Below, piece by piece: positions 20,794 through 29,036 of a DNA stretch of 64,000 bases. Source of the DNA: a virus; the IMG/VR virus record IMGVR_UViG_3300022752_000022, positions 64,001 to 128,000 of that record, one strand, 5' to 3'. The notes under the pieces were generated by a model. It was not told the origin of the DNA, did no database searches, and saw only the letters and a program-made list of their open reading frames with translations. Numbering within the stretch: position 1 is the first letter of the stretch; every line of letters starts with the position of its first letter. Made by a program: the position numbers and the translations under genes.

Positions 20794-21087
20794 ATGTTTA
20801 AATGGCTCAGAAATTTATTTGTAGGCGAGAAAGGTGTAGCATCTACACCAGAAGATGTGACACCTGTTCACCCGACAGTTTCGCAAGAAGAAGTCAATAG
20901 AATTAATAAAGAATTGGAAAAGATTTTAGATGAAACGTCAAATAAAGAACCTATTCCTGTAAAGGAACAAAATAAAGAGTTGACTAAAGCGCAGGAATCA
21001 GACATTAAAAATAAACAGTCTTCTGAAATCCAATCTATTTCTGCTAAAAAATCTAGATCAAAAAAATCTAGAGCGAAAGCTGTTTAA
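20794..21087 (+). CDS. Hypothetical protein
   Basis: Amphipathic N-terminus and basic tail; follows the endolysin. Confidence 0.5.
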   Translation: MFKWLRNLFVGEKGVASTPEDVTPVHPTVSQEEVNRINKELEKILDETSNKEPIPVKEQNKELTKAQESDIKNKQSSEIQSISAKKSRSKKSRAKAV

Positions 21088-21386
21088 TTACAGAATCTTT
21101 CTCTAACTATAACGCCATTTGGTTGCATCACTTCTTTCCATTCGGTGCAATTTACAACTGACCCAATAATTACAGGCTGTTGTTGAACAATCACCGGTGC
21201 AGATTGCTGTGATATTGTATATCCAATAACGCCACCAATGATCACTGGAGCAATCCAACGCCCAGGATATGTATAATTCCAATGATGATGACCATATCCA
21301 TGACTGTGATGCCTATGGTGGTGTGGACCCGCAAATGCTGGAATTGCGGATACTATTAATAGTAAAGCGATTAAATATTTCTTCAT
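21084..21386 (-). CDS. Secreted His/Pro/Val-rich small protein
   Basis: Sec signal ending AFA; His-rich stretch; terminal Cys pair; AAGGA RBS. Confidence 0.7.
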   Translation of the reverse strand: MKKYLIALLLIVSAIPAFAGPHHHRHHSHGYGHHHWNYTYPGRWIAPVIIGGVIGYTISQQSAPVIVQQQPVIIGSVVNCTEWKEVMQPNGVIVRERFCN

Positions 21387-21540
21387 TTTTTGACATTCCT
21401 TGCATAAGAATATATGGAGTATAGCACATCATAATAAAATATGCAACATACAAATCGTATAAATTTTCGTATTTCTTTTCTTCAGTCATAAATTCTCTTG
21501 TTTTCTAAATAAGTCGTTCTATTTATAAATTTGGAAAAAT

Positions 21541-22776
21541 ATGGAAACTAAACTCGCCACAATTATTTGTTCAGATGTAATTGGATATAGTAGTCTCATG
21601 CAAGCCGATGAAATAGGAACGTTGCATAAATTAGACGCATGTAGGGCAATCATTGATCCGTTAATTACTCAATTTAAAGGCCGACTGTTTAATACGGGTG
21701 GTGATAGTGTTTTAATTGAATTTCCTAGTGCAGTTGATGCTGTTAAATTTGGTGTTGAAATGCAAGCACAAATTGGTAAATTAAATAATGGTATGCGCTG
21801 GAGAATTGGTATACATATGGGTGAAGTCTGGATTTATGGCACTAATTTAATGGGAGATGCTGTGAATCTTGCTGCAAGAACTGAAAGTTTAGCAGACTAT
21901 GGTGGTGTGACAATGACTGATACAGTTTATAAAATGATTGTAGGTAAAATGAAAACTTTAGAATTTGTAAGTCGTGGTGTACAAGAATTTAAAAATGTGA
22001 ATTCAATGGAAATCTGGAGTGTAGTAATTCCCGGCGCAACACCAAATCCATATCTAAACAAAGCACCTAAGCAAGAAACTTCAGCAGATACAATTAAAAG
22101 CCATCAAGATTTATTAAAAACTGTAATCAATGATCAAGCTGCAAGAAATAAAACACTTCATGATGCACAAACACTAAAAAGAGATGGCAAATTAGGACCA
22201 GCAACTAGAGTGTTGATGTGGCGCGTGACTAAGCAAGACAAAGCGGCCGTTGATGAATTAATTAGTCTTGGCATCAAAAATTTAATTCCTAATGAACTTA
22301 AAGTTTATGCTTCAGCAGTCATTAGAGAGTTTTGTACTAAGTTAGATAGCAATAGATTACTTACTATAGCAGACTTAATGGAAAATTGGAACTATAATTC
22401 AGCAGCACTAGATTTTGTAAAGATAGCAGCAAAAGTCGACGATAAAGCGCAGCAGAGATATGCACTTATGATATTCAATGATCCAACAAGTAGTGATGCT
22501 GAGATCAATGCCATTCTTGATGATTTAAAAGAATTAGCTATGAAAAAGAATGTTGATGCTATGATTAAACTGGGCGAATATTATACTAAAATTAATGACA
22601 AAAAGAATGCGTTCAGATGGCTCTATGCTGCGAGGGCACAACATAACAATCACGCACAAAAATTAATTGAAGAATTAAATAAAACAATCAGTAGAACTGA
22701 TTTTCAAAACTTTAAAACGGACGCAGATGCGCTCGTAGATCAAATCAAATTTATAGATGATAATTTGATGAGATGA
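21541..22776 (+). CDS. Class III adenylate/guanylate-type nucleotide cyclase with C-terminal SEL1/TPR-like region
   Basis: IICSDVIGYS, FNTGGDSVLIEF, RIGIHMGEV, GDAVNLAART motifs; AMIKLGEYY...AFRWLYAA SEL1-like repeat. Confidence 0.85.
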   Translation: METKLATIICSDVIGYSSLMQADEIGTLHKLDACRAIIDPLITQFKGRLFNTGGDSVLIEFPSAVDAVKFGVEMQAQIGKLNNGMRWRIGIHMGEVWIYGTNLMGDAVNLAARTESLADYGGVTMTDTVYKMIVGKMKTLEFVSRGVQEFKNVNSMEIWSVVIPGATPNPYLNKAPKQETSADTIKSHQDLLKTVINDQAARNKTLHDAQTLKRDGKLGPATRVLMWRVTKQDKAAVDELISLGIKNLIPNELKVYASAVIREFCTKLDSNRLLTIADLMENWNYNSAALDFVKIAAKVDDKAQQRYALMIFNDPTSSDAEINAILDDLKELAMKKNVDAMIKLGEYYTKINDKKNAFRWLYAARAQHNNHAQKLIEELNKTISRTDFQNFKTDADALVDQIKFIDDNLMR

Positions 22777-22777
22777 A

Positions 22778-22951
22778 TCATCTCTCTTTATTCAATTTGT
22801 TTATTTGATCCCAAAGTGCTGTAATTTGTTTATCATAATTTTTTTCCAAATAGTCTAATCGTACTTTGATTGTGACTGCATATGCAGCGATTGCAACAAC
22901 GCCTGCGCCTAAAAACCATAATTTACCTAGTCCATCGGCTAATGTTTCCAC
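22778..22951 (-). CDS. 57-aa single-TM protein (not in ORF track)
   Basis: GTG start with AAGGA RBS; VETLADGLGKLWFLGAGVVAIAAYAVTIKVRLDYLEKNYDKQITALWDQINKLNKER*. Confidence 0.55.
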   Translation of the reverse strand: METLADGLGKLWFLGAGVVAIAAYAVTIKVRLDYLEKNYDKQITALWDQINKLNKER

Positions 22952-22995
22952 TATGAATCCTTTATGGTTGTTGTAGAACTACACTTATTTAGTAA

Positions 22996-23043
22996 TGTTG
23001 CATAAAAACAACATCTTGACAATACCGGATTTCCTCGTATAAT
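22996..23043 (+). promoter_or_regulatory. Early promoter with TGTTG-N8-CAACA box
   Basis: TGTTGCATAAAAACAACA-tc-TTGACA-16 nt-TATAAT. Confidence 0.85.
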
Positions 23044-23084
23044 GGCTGTGTGGTGATTGATAAACTCTTCTATATAGGTGTAGT

Positions 23085-23261
23085 ATGAAAAACACAATTG
23101 AGACTTATCTTGAAAACGGTGTCTTGGTAACAATTCTTCCGACATATGCACCGAGAAAGTCTGAAAAGACTTTCACAGCAAAACGCTATTCTATAGCGAA
23201 TACGGGTAGAAAACAAGTAACTATGAAAAATATTGGTTTGAAAGGGTATGGTGCGATATGA
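23085..23261 (+). CDS. 58-aa basic hypothetical protein (not in ORF track)
   Basis: First ORF after the promoter; its stop overlaps the next ATG. Confidence 0.5.
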   Translation: MKNTIETYLENGVLVTILPTYAPRKSEKTFTAKRYSIANTGRKQVTMKNIGLKGYGAI

Positions 23262-23464
23262 GCGATAAAGTAAAAGGTCTGATGTTAGTCGTTTTTACTA
23301 TATTTTTGATAGCATTGATTGGATCATGGCTAACGATTCTTTCTATCAATATTGTGTTTGATCTAAATATACCGGTAACATTTGAAACAATCATAGCAGT
23401 GACATGGTTGACAATGACGCTTAAAGGGATTTTTTCAGCAAACACTTTAAATACCGGAAAATGA
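23258..23464 (+). CDS. Two-TM membrane protein
   Basis: Two hydrophobic helices. Confidence 0.6.
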   Translation: MSDKVKGLMLVVFTIFLIALIGSWLTILSINIVFDLNIPVTFETIIAVTWLTMTLKGIFSANTLNTGK

Positions 23465-23796
23465 AACATTTAATTGCAAGTTTTATAGCGGCAACTACGC
23501 TAACAGCAAATGCTAGTAATTTTCAAGAGATGGCATATGGCCGTGTTTTATCAGTAGAGCCGTTAATTCAAACTATTTACCATCGTGTGCCTCAACAATC
23601 ATGTAGTGTTACGACGGAAGGAAATCGTCAGATTGAGAGGTGTCAGAATTATACTGATAAAGTCTTCAATCAAAGAATTACTGGATATCGTGTTAAATTT
23701 GAATATCGTGACACAGTACAAACTTTGATTATGGAACGTGATCCTGGAAGTCATGTTACTCTTAAAATTGTAACCACCCTTCATGTATTGGAATAA
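23461..23796 (+). CDS. Secreted YcfJ-like protein
   Basis: Signal peptide; V.SV.P....V P.Q.C...C......ITGYRV.FEY.....M..DPG pattern. Confidence 0.55.
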   Translation: MKHLIASFIAATTLTANASNFQEMAYGRVLSVEPLIQTIYHRVPQQSCSVTTEGNRQIERCQNYTDKVFNQRITGYRVKFEYRDTVQTLIMERDPGSHVTLKIVTTLHVLE

Positions 23797-23800
23797 GCGT

Positions 23801-24079
23801 ATGTTTTTCGTATACGGAGCAGAGGGTGGCAGAGGCACTGAAAAAGCTGAATATTTATTGACAATGACAGGATTTCCGTATAGACTCTTTCTTTTAGATA
23901 AGGACTATACAAGAGATCAATTAGAAAGATTAATTCCAGGAACTAGAGTTGTACCACACATATTTCATAATACAAAATATGTAGGAACAGTCAAAGATTT
24001 ATATGATTATCTTTATAATGAAGTAAAGGAGCGTGAATATGGCGAAAACGACGACAAAAACGACAGTGAACCAAAATGA
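23801..24079 (+). CDS. Glutaredoxin-fold protein lacking CxxC
   Basis: VYG...KA..LL...DYTR...VPHIF...YVG layout; no Cys at the active-site position. Confidence 0.55.
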   Translation: MFFVYGAEGGRGTEKAEYLLTMTGFPYRLFLLDKDYTRDQLERLIPGTRVVPHIFHNTKYVGTVKDLYDYLYNEVKEREYGENDDKNDSEPK

Positions 24080-24380
24080 ATCATCTCAATATTCAACATG
24101 GGGTGAAGAAGACAGGGCAGCATTTCGGAGTTGGCTCAAATCGTTGCTAAAAAGCGACATTGTAAATTTGACATTCCGAAAGAATGATGGTACAATGAGA
24201 GAAATGAGATGTACTCTACGGGATGAATACTTGATTGAGTCCAAGTCCACCACTGAACCAAAGAAGCCTCGCAAAGTGAGCGAAGACTCTATTGCAGTGA
24301 TTGATTTGGATAAAAATGAGTGGCGATCCTTTCGATACGATTCAGTGAAGCGGGTTAATTTTACGATAGCACAGGAGTAA
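24039..24380 (+). CDS. WYL_2/Sm-like SH3-barrel protein
   Basis: TFRKNDGTMREMRCTL...V.DLDKNEWRSFR. Confidence 0.75.
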   Translation: MAKTTTKTTVNQNESSQYSTWGEEDRAAFRSWLKSLLKSDIVNLTFRKNDGTMREMRCTLRDEYLIESKSTTEPKKPRKVSEDSIAVIDLDKNEWRSFRYDSVKRVNFTIAQE

Positions 24381-24383
24381 ATC

Positions 24384-25484
24384 GTGGCCAATCCAGGCAT
24401 TGATGTGAAGTATATTGGTGATGAACCTACCTTTTCAAATTTTGAGATGTTGAATGAGTTGGATCAGCGGATTGCAATTTCAAAAGCGTTCAACTGGTAT
24501 TCTTATTTCTATAGCAATACTGAAGCAAAAGAATTTATTCTTACATACTCAAAAAGCATTGGTCGAACCAAAGATGAGTTAGCGTCCATCAAGTCATTGC
24601 CTGATAACGCATTCAACAAGCAAGCAGGTTGGATTGCAAGGATGATGATTCGTGGTTTGACACCGACACCACGTTTGAAAAGTCATTTTGTGAATCACTA
24701 CAAGCAATTGCTAACTCTGGTGAAACCACAGCCGATCGCTACGGAAATTGCACCGACAACTTCAGTTGTCAATGTTCAGCAACGAATCCAAGACAAAGCA
24801 TCCGAACATGCAGGTGAGATTGAAGGCTTGCTTGACGATTTCATGCTTTGCGGTTGTAAAGAACCGTTTAGTGTGGAAGCGTATTTAAAATCTAATAATG
24901 TTACAGCAATTGTAGCAAGTAAAATTTGTGAAAAGTTTGTCCCTAAAGCAAAAGAAATTTCTAATGCACTGACGGATAAAGAGTTGGCCGAGGGGTACAG
25001 CAACTTTACTAAAGTCCAACTGAAGCGATATCGTGACATGCTGGATGCTATTGTTGAGCAGTGCAATACCTTTTCTCAGCAGAATAAGCCTGTGCGGAAA
25101 CTTCGCAAGAAAAAAGATAAGTCTCCTGACGTTCTGGTTTCTAAGATGAAATTTCTTAAAGAGGATGGTGCATTCAAGAGTATTGCCCCAGAAAAGGTGG
25201 TTGGTGCAAATCAACTGTGGACATATAACGTGAAGACAAAGGTCCTTGCAGTGTATCATTCCGACAATGCAAAAGGATTGACTGTCAAAGGTAGCACACT
25301 CCAGAATTTTGACGAGAAAACATCCATCGGCAAACGATTGCGAAAGCCTGAAGTGGTGTTGCCAAACGTGTTGAATTTTGGTAAAGTGAAGTTGAAGAAG
25401 ATCATAGAAGAGTTGACAACAATGGAATTGAACTTGACAGGAAGGATGAACGATGATACACTGATCCTTCGTGTGGAGAAATAA
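24384..25484 (+). CDS. Conserved T4-like hypothetical protein
   Basis: AFNWY, GANQLWTYN, VKGSTL, KRLRKPE, GRMNDDTLIL. Confidence 0.7.
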   Translation: MANPGIDVKYIGDEPTFSNFEMLNELDQRIAISKAFNWYSYFYSNTEAKEFILTYSKSIGRTKDELASIKSLPDNAFNKQAGWIARMMIRGLTPTPRLKSHFVNHYKQLLTLVKPQPIATEIAPTTSVVNVQQRIQDKASEHAGEIEGLLDDFMLCGCKEPFSVEAYLKSNNVTAIVASKICEKFVPKAKEISNALTDKELAEGYSNFTKVQLKRYRDMLDAIVEQCNTFSQQNKPVRKLRKKKDKSPDVLVSKMKFLKEDGAFKSIAPEKVVGANQLWTYNVKTKVLAVYHSDNAKGLTVKGSTLQNFDEKTSIGKRLRKPEVVLPNVLNFGKVKLKKIIEELTTMELNLTGRMNDDTLILRVEK

Positions 25485-25629
25485 ATGTCTATTTTAAATG
25501 ATGAAGATAAAGATTTCGTAGAACAGTGGATTCGGAATTTAGATTCTGAAATTCGATTTGGCGTGAAAAGTGATTATGAAAAAGCACAAATGCAATATAT
25601 GATTTCCATTTTAAAAAAGATTTTAACAA

Positions 25630-26490
25630 ATGATATTGATTGACTTAAATCAGGTCATGATTTCCAATCTGATGATGCAGATTGGTCAAAATGGCAATCA
25701 AGTGGACGAGAATCTGATCCGACATATGATTCTCAATAGTCTACGAATGTATAACGTCAAATTCCGTGAGGAGTTTGGTGAGATTGTCATATGCGCTGAC
25801 GATAAGCAATATTGGCGCAGAGACTTGTTTCCCTATTATAAAGCTAGTCGCAAAAAAGCGAGGGAAGCATCTCCTTTAGATTGGAATCTAATCTTTGAAA
25901 CGTTGAACAAAGTCCGTGATGAATTGAAAGAAAACTTTCCTTACAAAGTCATTCAGATTCATAAAGCTGAAGCGGATGATGTCATTGGTACATTGTGCTA
26001 TAAGTATGGTGTAGAATTGTCGAGTGAGGGTGTGGAGAAAATTTTGATTTTGTCGAGCGATAAAGATTTTCTCCAGTTGCAAAAGTTTGCAAATGTGTAT
26101 CAGTACAGTACAATGGCCAAGAAATTCCTCAAAGAATCTAGCCCATCAAAATTCTTGCAAGAGCATATTATTCGTGGAGATACTGGTGATGGGATTCCTA
26201 ATTTTCTTAGCGGTGATGATTGCTTTGTTACTGAAACTCGGCAGAAACCGATAACAGAGAAAAAGCTAAATACATTCATCGGCAAGAATCCAGAAGATTT
26301 TTGCGATGAAATCATGCTGAAGCGTTATCGAAGAAACGAATCATTGATTGATTTGTCTAAGGTGCCTGAAGATATTCAATCAAAAGTTTATATCGCTTAT
26401 GATGCGCCAAAGCGTGGTAGGGATAAATTGTTAAACTATTTCATTAAGCATCGGATGAAACTGATGATGGAACACATACAGGAATTCTAA
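25630..26490 (+). CDS. rnh: RNase H / 5'-3' exonuclease (T4 rnh-like)
   Basis: MILIDLNQ, YWRRDLFPYYKASRK, EADDVIG, SSDKDFLQL, GDTGDGIPN. Confidence 0.92.
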   Translation: MILIDLNQVMISNLMMQIGQNGNQVDENLIRHMILNSLRMYNVKFREEFGEIVICADDKQYWRRDLFPYYKASRKKAREASPLDWNLIFETLNKVRDELKENFPYKVIQIHKAEADDVIGTLCYKYGVELSSEGVEKILILSSDKDFLQLQKFANVYQYSTMAKKFLKESSPSKFLQEHIIRGDTGDGIPNFLSGDDCFVTETRQKPITEKKLNTFIGKNPEDFCDEIMLKRYRRNESLIDLSKVPEDIQSKVYIAYDAPKRGRDKLLNYFIKHRMKLMMEHIQEF

Positions 26491-26494
26491 TTTT

Positions 26495-26935
26495 ATGGAC
26501 ATTTCAAAATGGACGGTACATGAAACGCTGAAACATATCTCAGAGTTGCCAGCAAAAGACCGTGTCGATGCGATTCAGCAAATTTCAAAGTTGAAGCCTA
26601 TACTCAGAGAAGTTTTGGGCTACACTTATCACAAAAATTATAACTTTACTCTACCTGAAGGTGATCCTCCATTCAAAACAATGGAAGTGCCACCAAACAT
26701 GGGATTAAACAGATTACCCCATGAAATTCGAAAGTTTAAATACTTTGTAAACAACACCGAACTTCATGCGATTAAACGTGAGAAGATTTTCATTGAAATG
26801 TTAGAAGCATTATCGCCAGAAGAAGCAGTCCTGGTACTCATGATAAAAAACAAAAAACTTATCGGTCCTTACAAAAATATCACACGTAAACTTGTAGAGG
26901 AAGCACTGCCCGATCTTTTCAGAGGAGAAAATTGA
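26495..26935 (+). CDS. Conserved T4-like hypothetical protein
   Basis: LPEGDPPF, KREKIFIEMLEAL.PEEA; typical neighbour of rnh. Confidence 0.7.
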   Translation: MDISKWTVHETLKHISELPAKDRVDAIQQISKLKPILREVLGYTYHKNYNFTLPEGDPPFKTMEVPPNMGLNRLPHEIRKFKYFVNNTELHAIKREKIFIEMLEALSPEEAVLVLMIKNKKLIGPYKNITRKLVEEALPDLFRGEN

Positions 26936-26941
26936 TTTCAA

Positions 26942-27127
26942 ATGTCTAAAACCATTCTTAAATCTAACAATAAGTATAAAAAGTTTAAAGACTTTTATGA
27001 GGAAGATGAGTCTTCAACAAACAAACGTCAAAAACAAAGATTCAATGAATCCAAGAAGCACAAAGACAGGTTGCGGCACGAGTTGCGAAAAGGAAACTTC
27101 CAGATCGCTGAGGAGTACGATTCCTAA
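26942..27127 (+). CDS. Small basic hypothetical protein
   Basis: AGGAG RBS; operon context. Confidence 0.5.
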   Translation: MSKTILKSNNKYKKFKDFYEEDESSTNKRQKQRFNESKKHKDRLRHELRKGNFQIAEEYDS

Positions 27128-27128
27128 C

Positions 27129-27177
27129 TGTTGTTTTTATGCAACACGCTTGACTTTCTCCGTGATCAGAGTACAAT
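27129..27177 (+). promoter_or_regulatory. Early promoter with inverted copy of the box
   Basis: TGTTGTTTTTATGCAACA (reverse complement of the 22996 box)-cgc-TTGACT-16 nt-TACAAT. Confidence 0.85.
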
Positions 27178-27207
27178 AGAACTATGTTGAAAGAGAAAGG
27201 AAACGAA

Positions 27208-27525
27208 ATGATTGACGTATTAGATACGTACCTGAACTTCATCAAAGAAAACTTTGCAGCACATTATGCAAATCGGACTGACGATGTTGCCAAGAGCATG
27301 GTTGAAAATTTCAATAATGGCCTTCGGGTTGAAGAGGGTAGCAAGTATCTTAAGATCGTTACCCATGGCGGTTCAGCACACACTTTCATTTGCAAAAAAG
27401 ACACTGGCAAATTTAAGAAAGGTGACATTCTAATGGCTGCAAGTTGGAATGCACCCGCTCGAAATTTTGCACGAGGTAATGTGATTGCGAAAGAGTTTGG
27501 TTCAATCAATTGTTATGGAGCTTAG
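27208..27525 (+). CDS. Conserved early hypothetical protein
   Basis: G.KYLKI...GGSAH.FI...FKKGDIL.AASW.APA.N.ARGN. Confidence 0.7.
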   Translation: MIDVLDTYLNFIKENFAAHYANRTDDVAKSMVENFNNGLRVEEGSKYLKIVTHGGSAHTFICKKDTGKFKKGDILMAASWNAPARNFARGNVIAKEFGSINCYGA

Positions 27526-27633
27526 TGATAAAATGAATGACGGTGATGTTTTTGTTGGTTTGATTGTAGCTTTTATTGTAGTTGTAGCACTAATCATGGG
27601 CGGTATAATTCAACTTTGACGGAGTAAAAAATT

Positions 27634-28011
27634 ATGGGATTAGATATGTATGCATTTTCTCTTGATGAGAAAGATGCCATTTCTGACGTTGAATATGCTG
27701 AAGAGCCGGATACTAAAACGGAAATTTTTTACTGGCGAAAGCATCACAATCTTCATGGTTGGATGAAACAACTTTATGAGAAAAAAGGTGGAACGGAAGA
27801 ATTCAATTGTGTGCCTGTCCGACTTCGGCAAAGTGATTTGTTTGAACTTCAGTCCGTGATTCTAGCGCATGGTTTGCCTGAGACTACAGGTTTTTTCTTT
27901 GGTATCAGGCCTCCTGATGAGGATTCGGATGAGCAAGATTTGTTGTTCATTGCGAAAGCATTGTCGGAAATCAATCGTGGTCGTGCAGTCTATTACTCTT
28001 CATGGTGGTAA
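27634..28011 (+). CDS. Conserved hypothetical protein (MGLDMY/YWRKH family)
   Basis: MGLDMYA, YWRKHHNLHGWM, LPETTGFFFG, YYSSWW. Confidence 0.7.
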   Translation: MGLDMYAFSLDEKDAISDVEYAEEPDTKTEIFYWRKHHNLHGWMKQLYEKKGGTEEFNCVPVRLRQSDLFELQSVILAHGLPETTGFFFGIRPPDEDSDEQDLLFIAKALSEINRGRAVYYSSWW

Positions 28012-28014
28012 AAT

Positions 28015-28329
28015 ATGGTGAATAAACTGATTCGGGATGGCAGAGTTGCTGTCCTTGTTTCTCACGGCTTCGGTGCTGGTTGGTACTCATGGCATTACGA
28101 TGAACGCCTATTATTTGAACCGACGATTGCTGAAATGTTGGAGAAGAATGTTGATATATATGAAATTGAAAAATACTGTGAAAAAACATACGGTGATGAA
28201 ATCTATTACGGTGGCTTAGATGGCCTATCAATTGTCTGGGTGCCAGTAGGAATGCAGTTTCGGATTGAAGAATATGACGGCTCAGAAAGTTTGAAGATGG
28301 AACAAGAAATGCATTGGATTACTGCGTAG
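28015..28329 (+). CDS. Conserved hypothetical protein
   Basis: VAVLVS.GFGAGWYSW, FRIEEYDGSE. Confidence 0.7.
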   Translation: MVNKLIRDGRVAVLVSHGFGAGWYSWHYDERLLFEPTIAEMLEKNVDIYEIEKYCEKTYGDEIYYGGLDGLSIVWVPVGMQFRIEEYDGSESLKMEQEMHWITA

Positions 28330-28339
28330 AGAAGTTCTT

Positions 28340-28347
28340 TATAAATA
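28340..28347 (+). promoter_or_regulatory. T4-type late promoter heading the tRNA cluster
   Basis: TATAAATA 4 nt before tRNA-Ile. Confidence 0.65.
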
Positions 28348-28351
28348 GTTT

Positions 28352-28426
28352 CCCGGATTAGCTCAGAGGTAGAGCAACGTCTTGATAAGGCGGAGGCGAA
28401 TGGATCGTTACCATTATTCGGGACCA
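28352..28426 (+). tRNA. tRNA-Ile(GAT)
   Basis: CCCGGAT/ATTCGGG acceptor, TT-GAT-AA loop, CCA; atypical T-loop ATCGTTA. Confidence 0.8.
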
Positions 28427-28507
28427 TATTGAAGCACATTTTGATGCCTATAAGCAGTCAGAGTTGATCGCCTGTCTGACGGTGTGAGATGAATGTGCTT
28501 CAATATG
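28425..28507 (+). ncRNA. Stem-bounded structured RNA cassette 1 (unknown family)
   Basis: Perfect 16-bp terminal inverted repeat CATATTGAAGCACATT/AATGTGCTTCAATATG enclosing a GTCAGA/TCTGAC hairpin. Confidence 0.5.
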
Positions 28508-28568
28508 ATAAAGGTCGAGGTGCACCAGATCATTTCTAAAGGTCACTGACACATCGGAAAGACGATGG

Positions 28569-28693
28569 CCATATTGAAGCACATTTAATCGAAAGCATCC
28601 TCAGAACGGAAGTGACTCGCCGGTGAGTATGCAGGTAGAGAGGTGTAAAAAGCCCCCGCTTGTCACGGTTACCTCAAGTGTGTTTCAATATGG
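28569..28693 (+). ncRNA. Stem-bounded structured RNA cassette 2 (unknown family)
   Basis: Same left arm CCATATTGAAGCACATTT pairs with AAGTGTGTTTCAATATGG (G-U substitutions); different GC-rich interior. Confidence 0.5.
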
Positions 28694-28700
28694 GAATTAT

Positions 28701-28776
28701 TCCGGTCGAGCAAGCTAGGTGTAGGCAGTGGACTGTTAATCCATGAAGCCTGGTTCGAATCCAGGGACCGGAGCCA
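28701..28776 (+). tRNA. tRNA-Asn(GTT)
   Basis: TCCGGTC/GACCGGA acceptor, CT-GTT-AA, TTCGAAT, GCCA. Confidence 0.85.
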
Positions 28777-28783
28777 GATGTAT

Positions 28784-28861
28784 CTCGGATTAGTTCAGCC
28801 CGGTTAGAATGCCTGCTTTGGGAGCAGGAGGTCGTGAGTTCAAATCCCACATCCGAGACCA
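28784..28861 (+). tRNA. tRNA-Pro(TGG)
   Basis: CTCGGAT/ATCCGAG, CCTGC-TTTGGGA-GCAGG, ACCA. Confidence 0.9.
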
Positions 28862-28866
28862 GTTTT

Positions 28867-28940
28867 GCCCTCTTAGTTAAATGGCATAACGGTTGATTTG
28901 TAATCATCAATTGGCAGTTCGATTCTGTCAGAGGGCACCA
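28867..28940 (+). tRNA. tRNA-Thr(TGT)
   Basis: GCCCTCT/AGAGGGC, TT-TGT-AA, TTCGATT, ACCA. Confidence 0.88.
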
Positions 28941-28947
28941 GTTTTAT

Positions 28948-29022
28948 CTGATCGTGGTGAAATGGAGATCACAGTAGCCTTCTAAGATTCTATTCCGGGT
29001 TCGAATCCTGGCGGTCAGGCCA
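28948..29022 (+). tRNA. tRNA-Arg(TCT) with defective anticodon stem (possibly degenerate)
   Basis: Acceptor, D and T arms intact; anticodon stem GTAGC/GATTC has two mismatches. Confidence 0.6.
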
Positions 29023-29036
29023 GTAAGGAGATTAAC

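Noticed and set aside
28424-28693. CRISPR mini-array interpretation of the repeated CCATATTGAAGCACATTT
   Set aside because: Only two direct copies, each paired with a distant inverted copy; spacing is irregular and there are no cas genes. The Cas4-like gene at 43420 is a common T4-like exonuclease.
28948-29022. Amber-suppressor (CTA) reading of the defective tRNA, implying stop-codon recoding
   Set aside because: Arm spacing centres the loop on TCT, and core genes such as nrdA and nrdB end normally at TAG with no fragmentation under the standard code.
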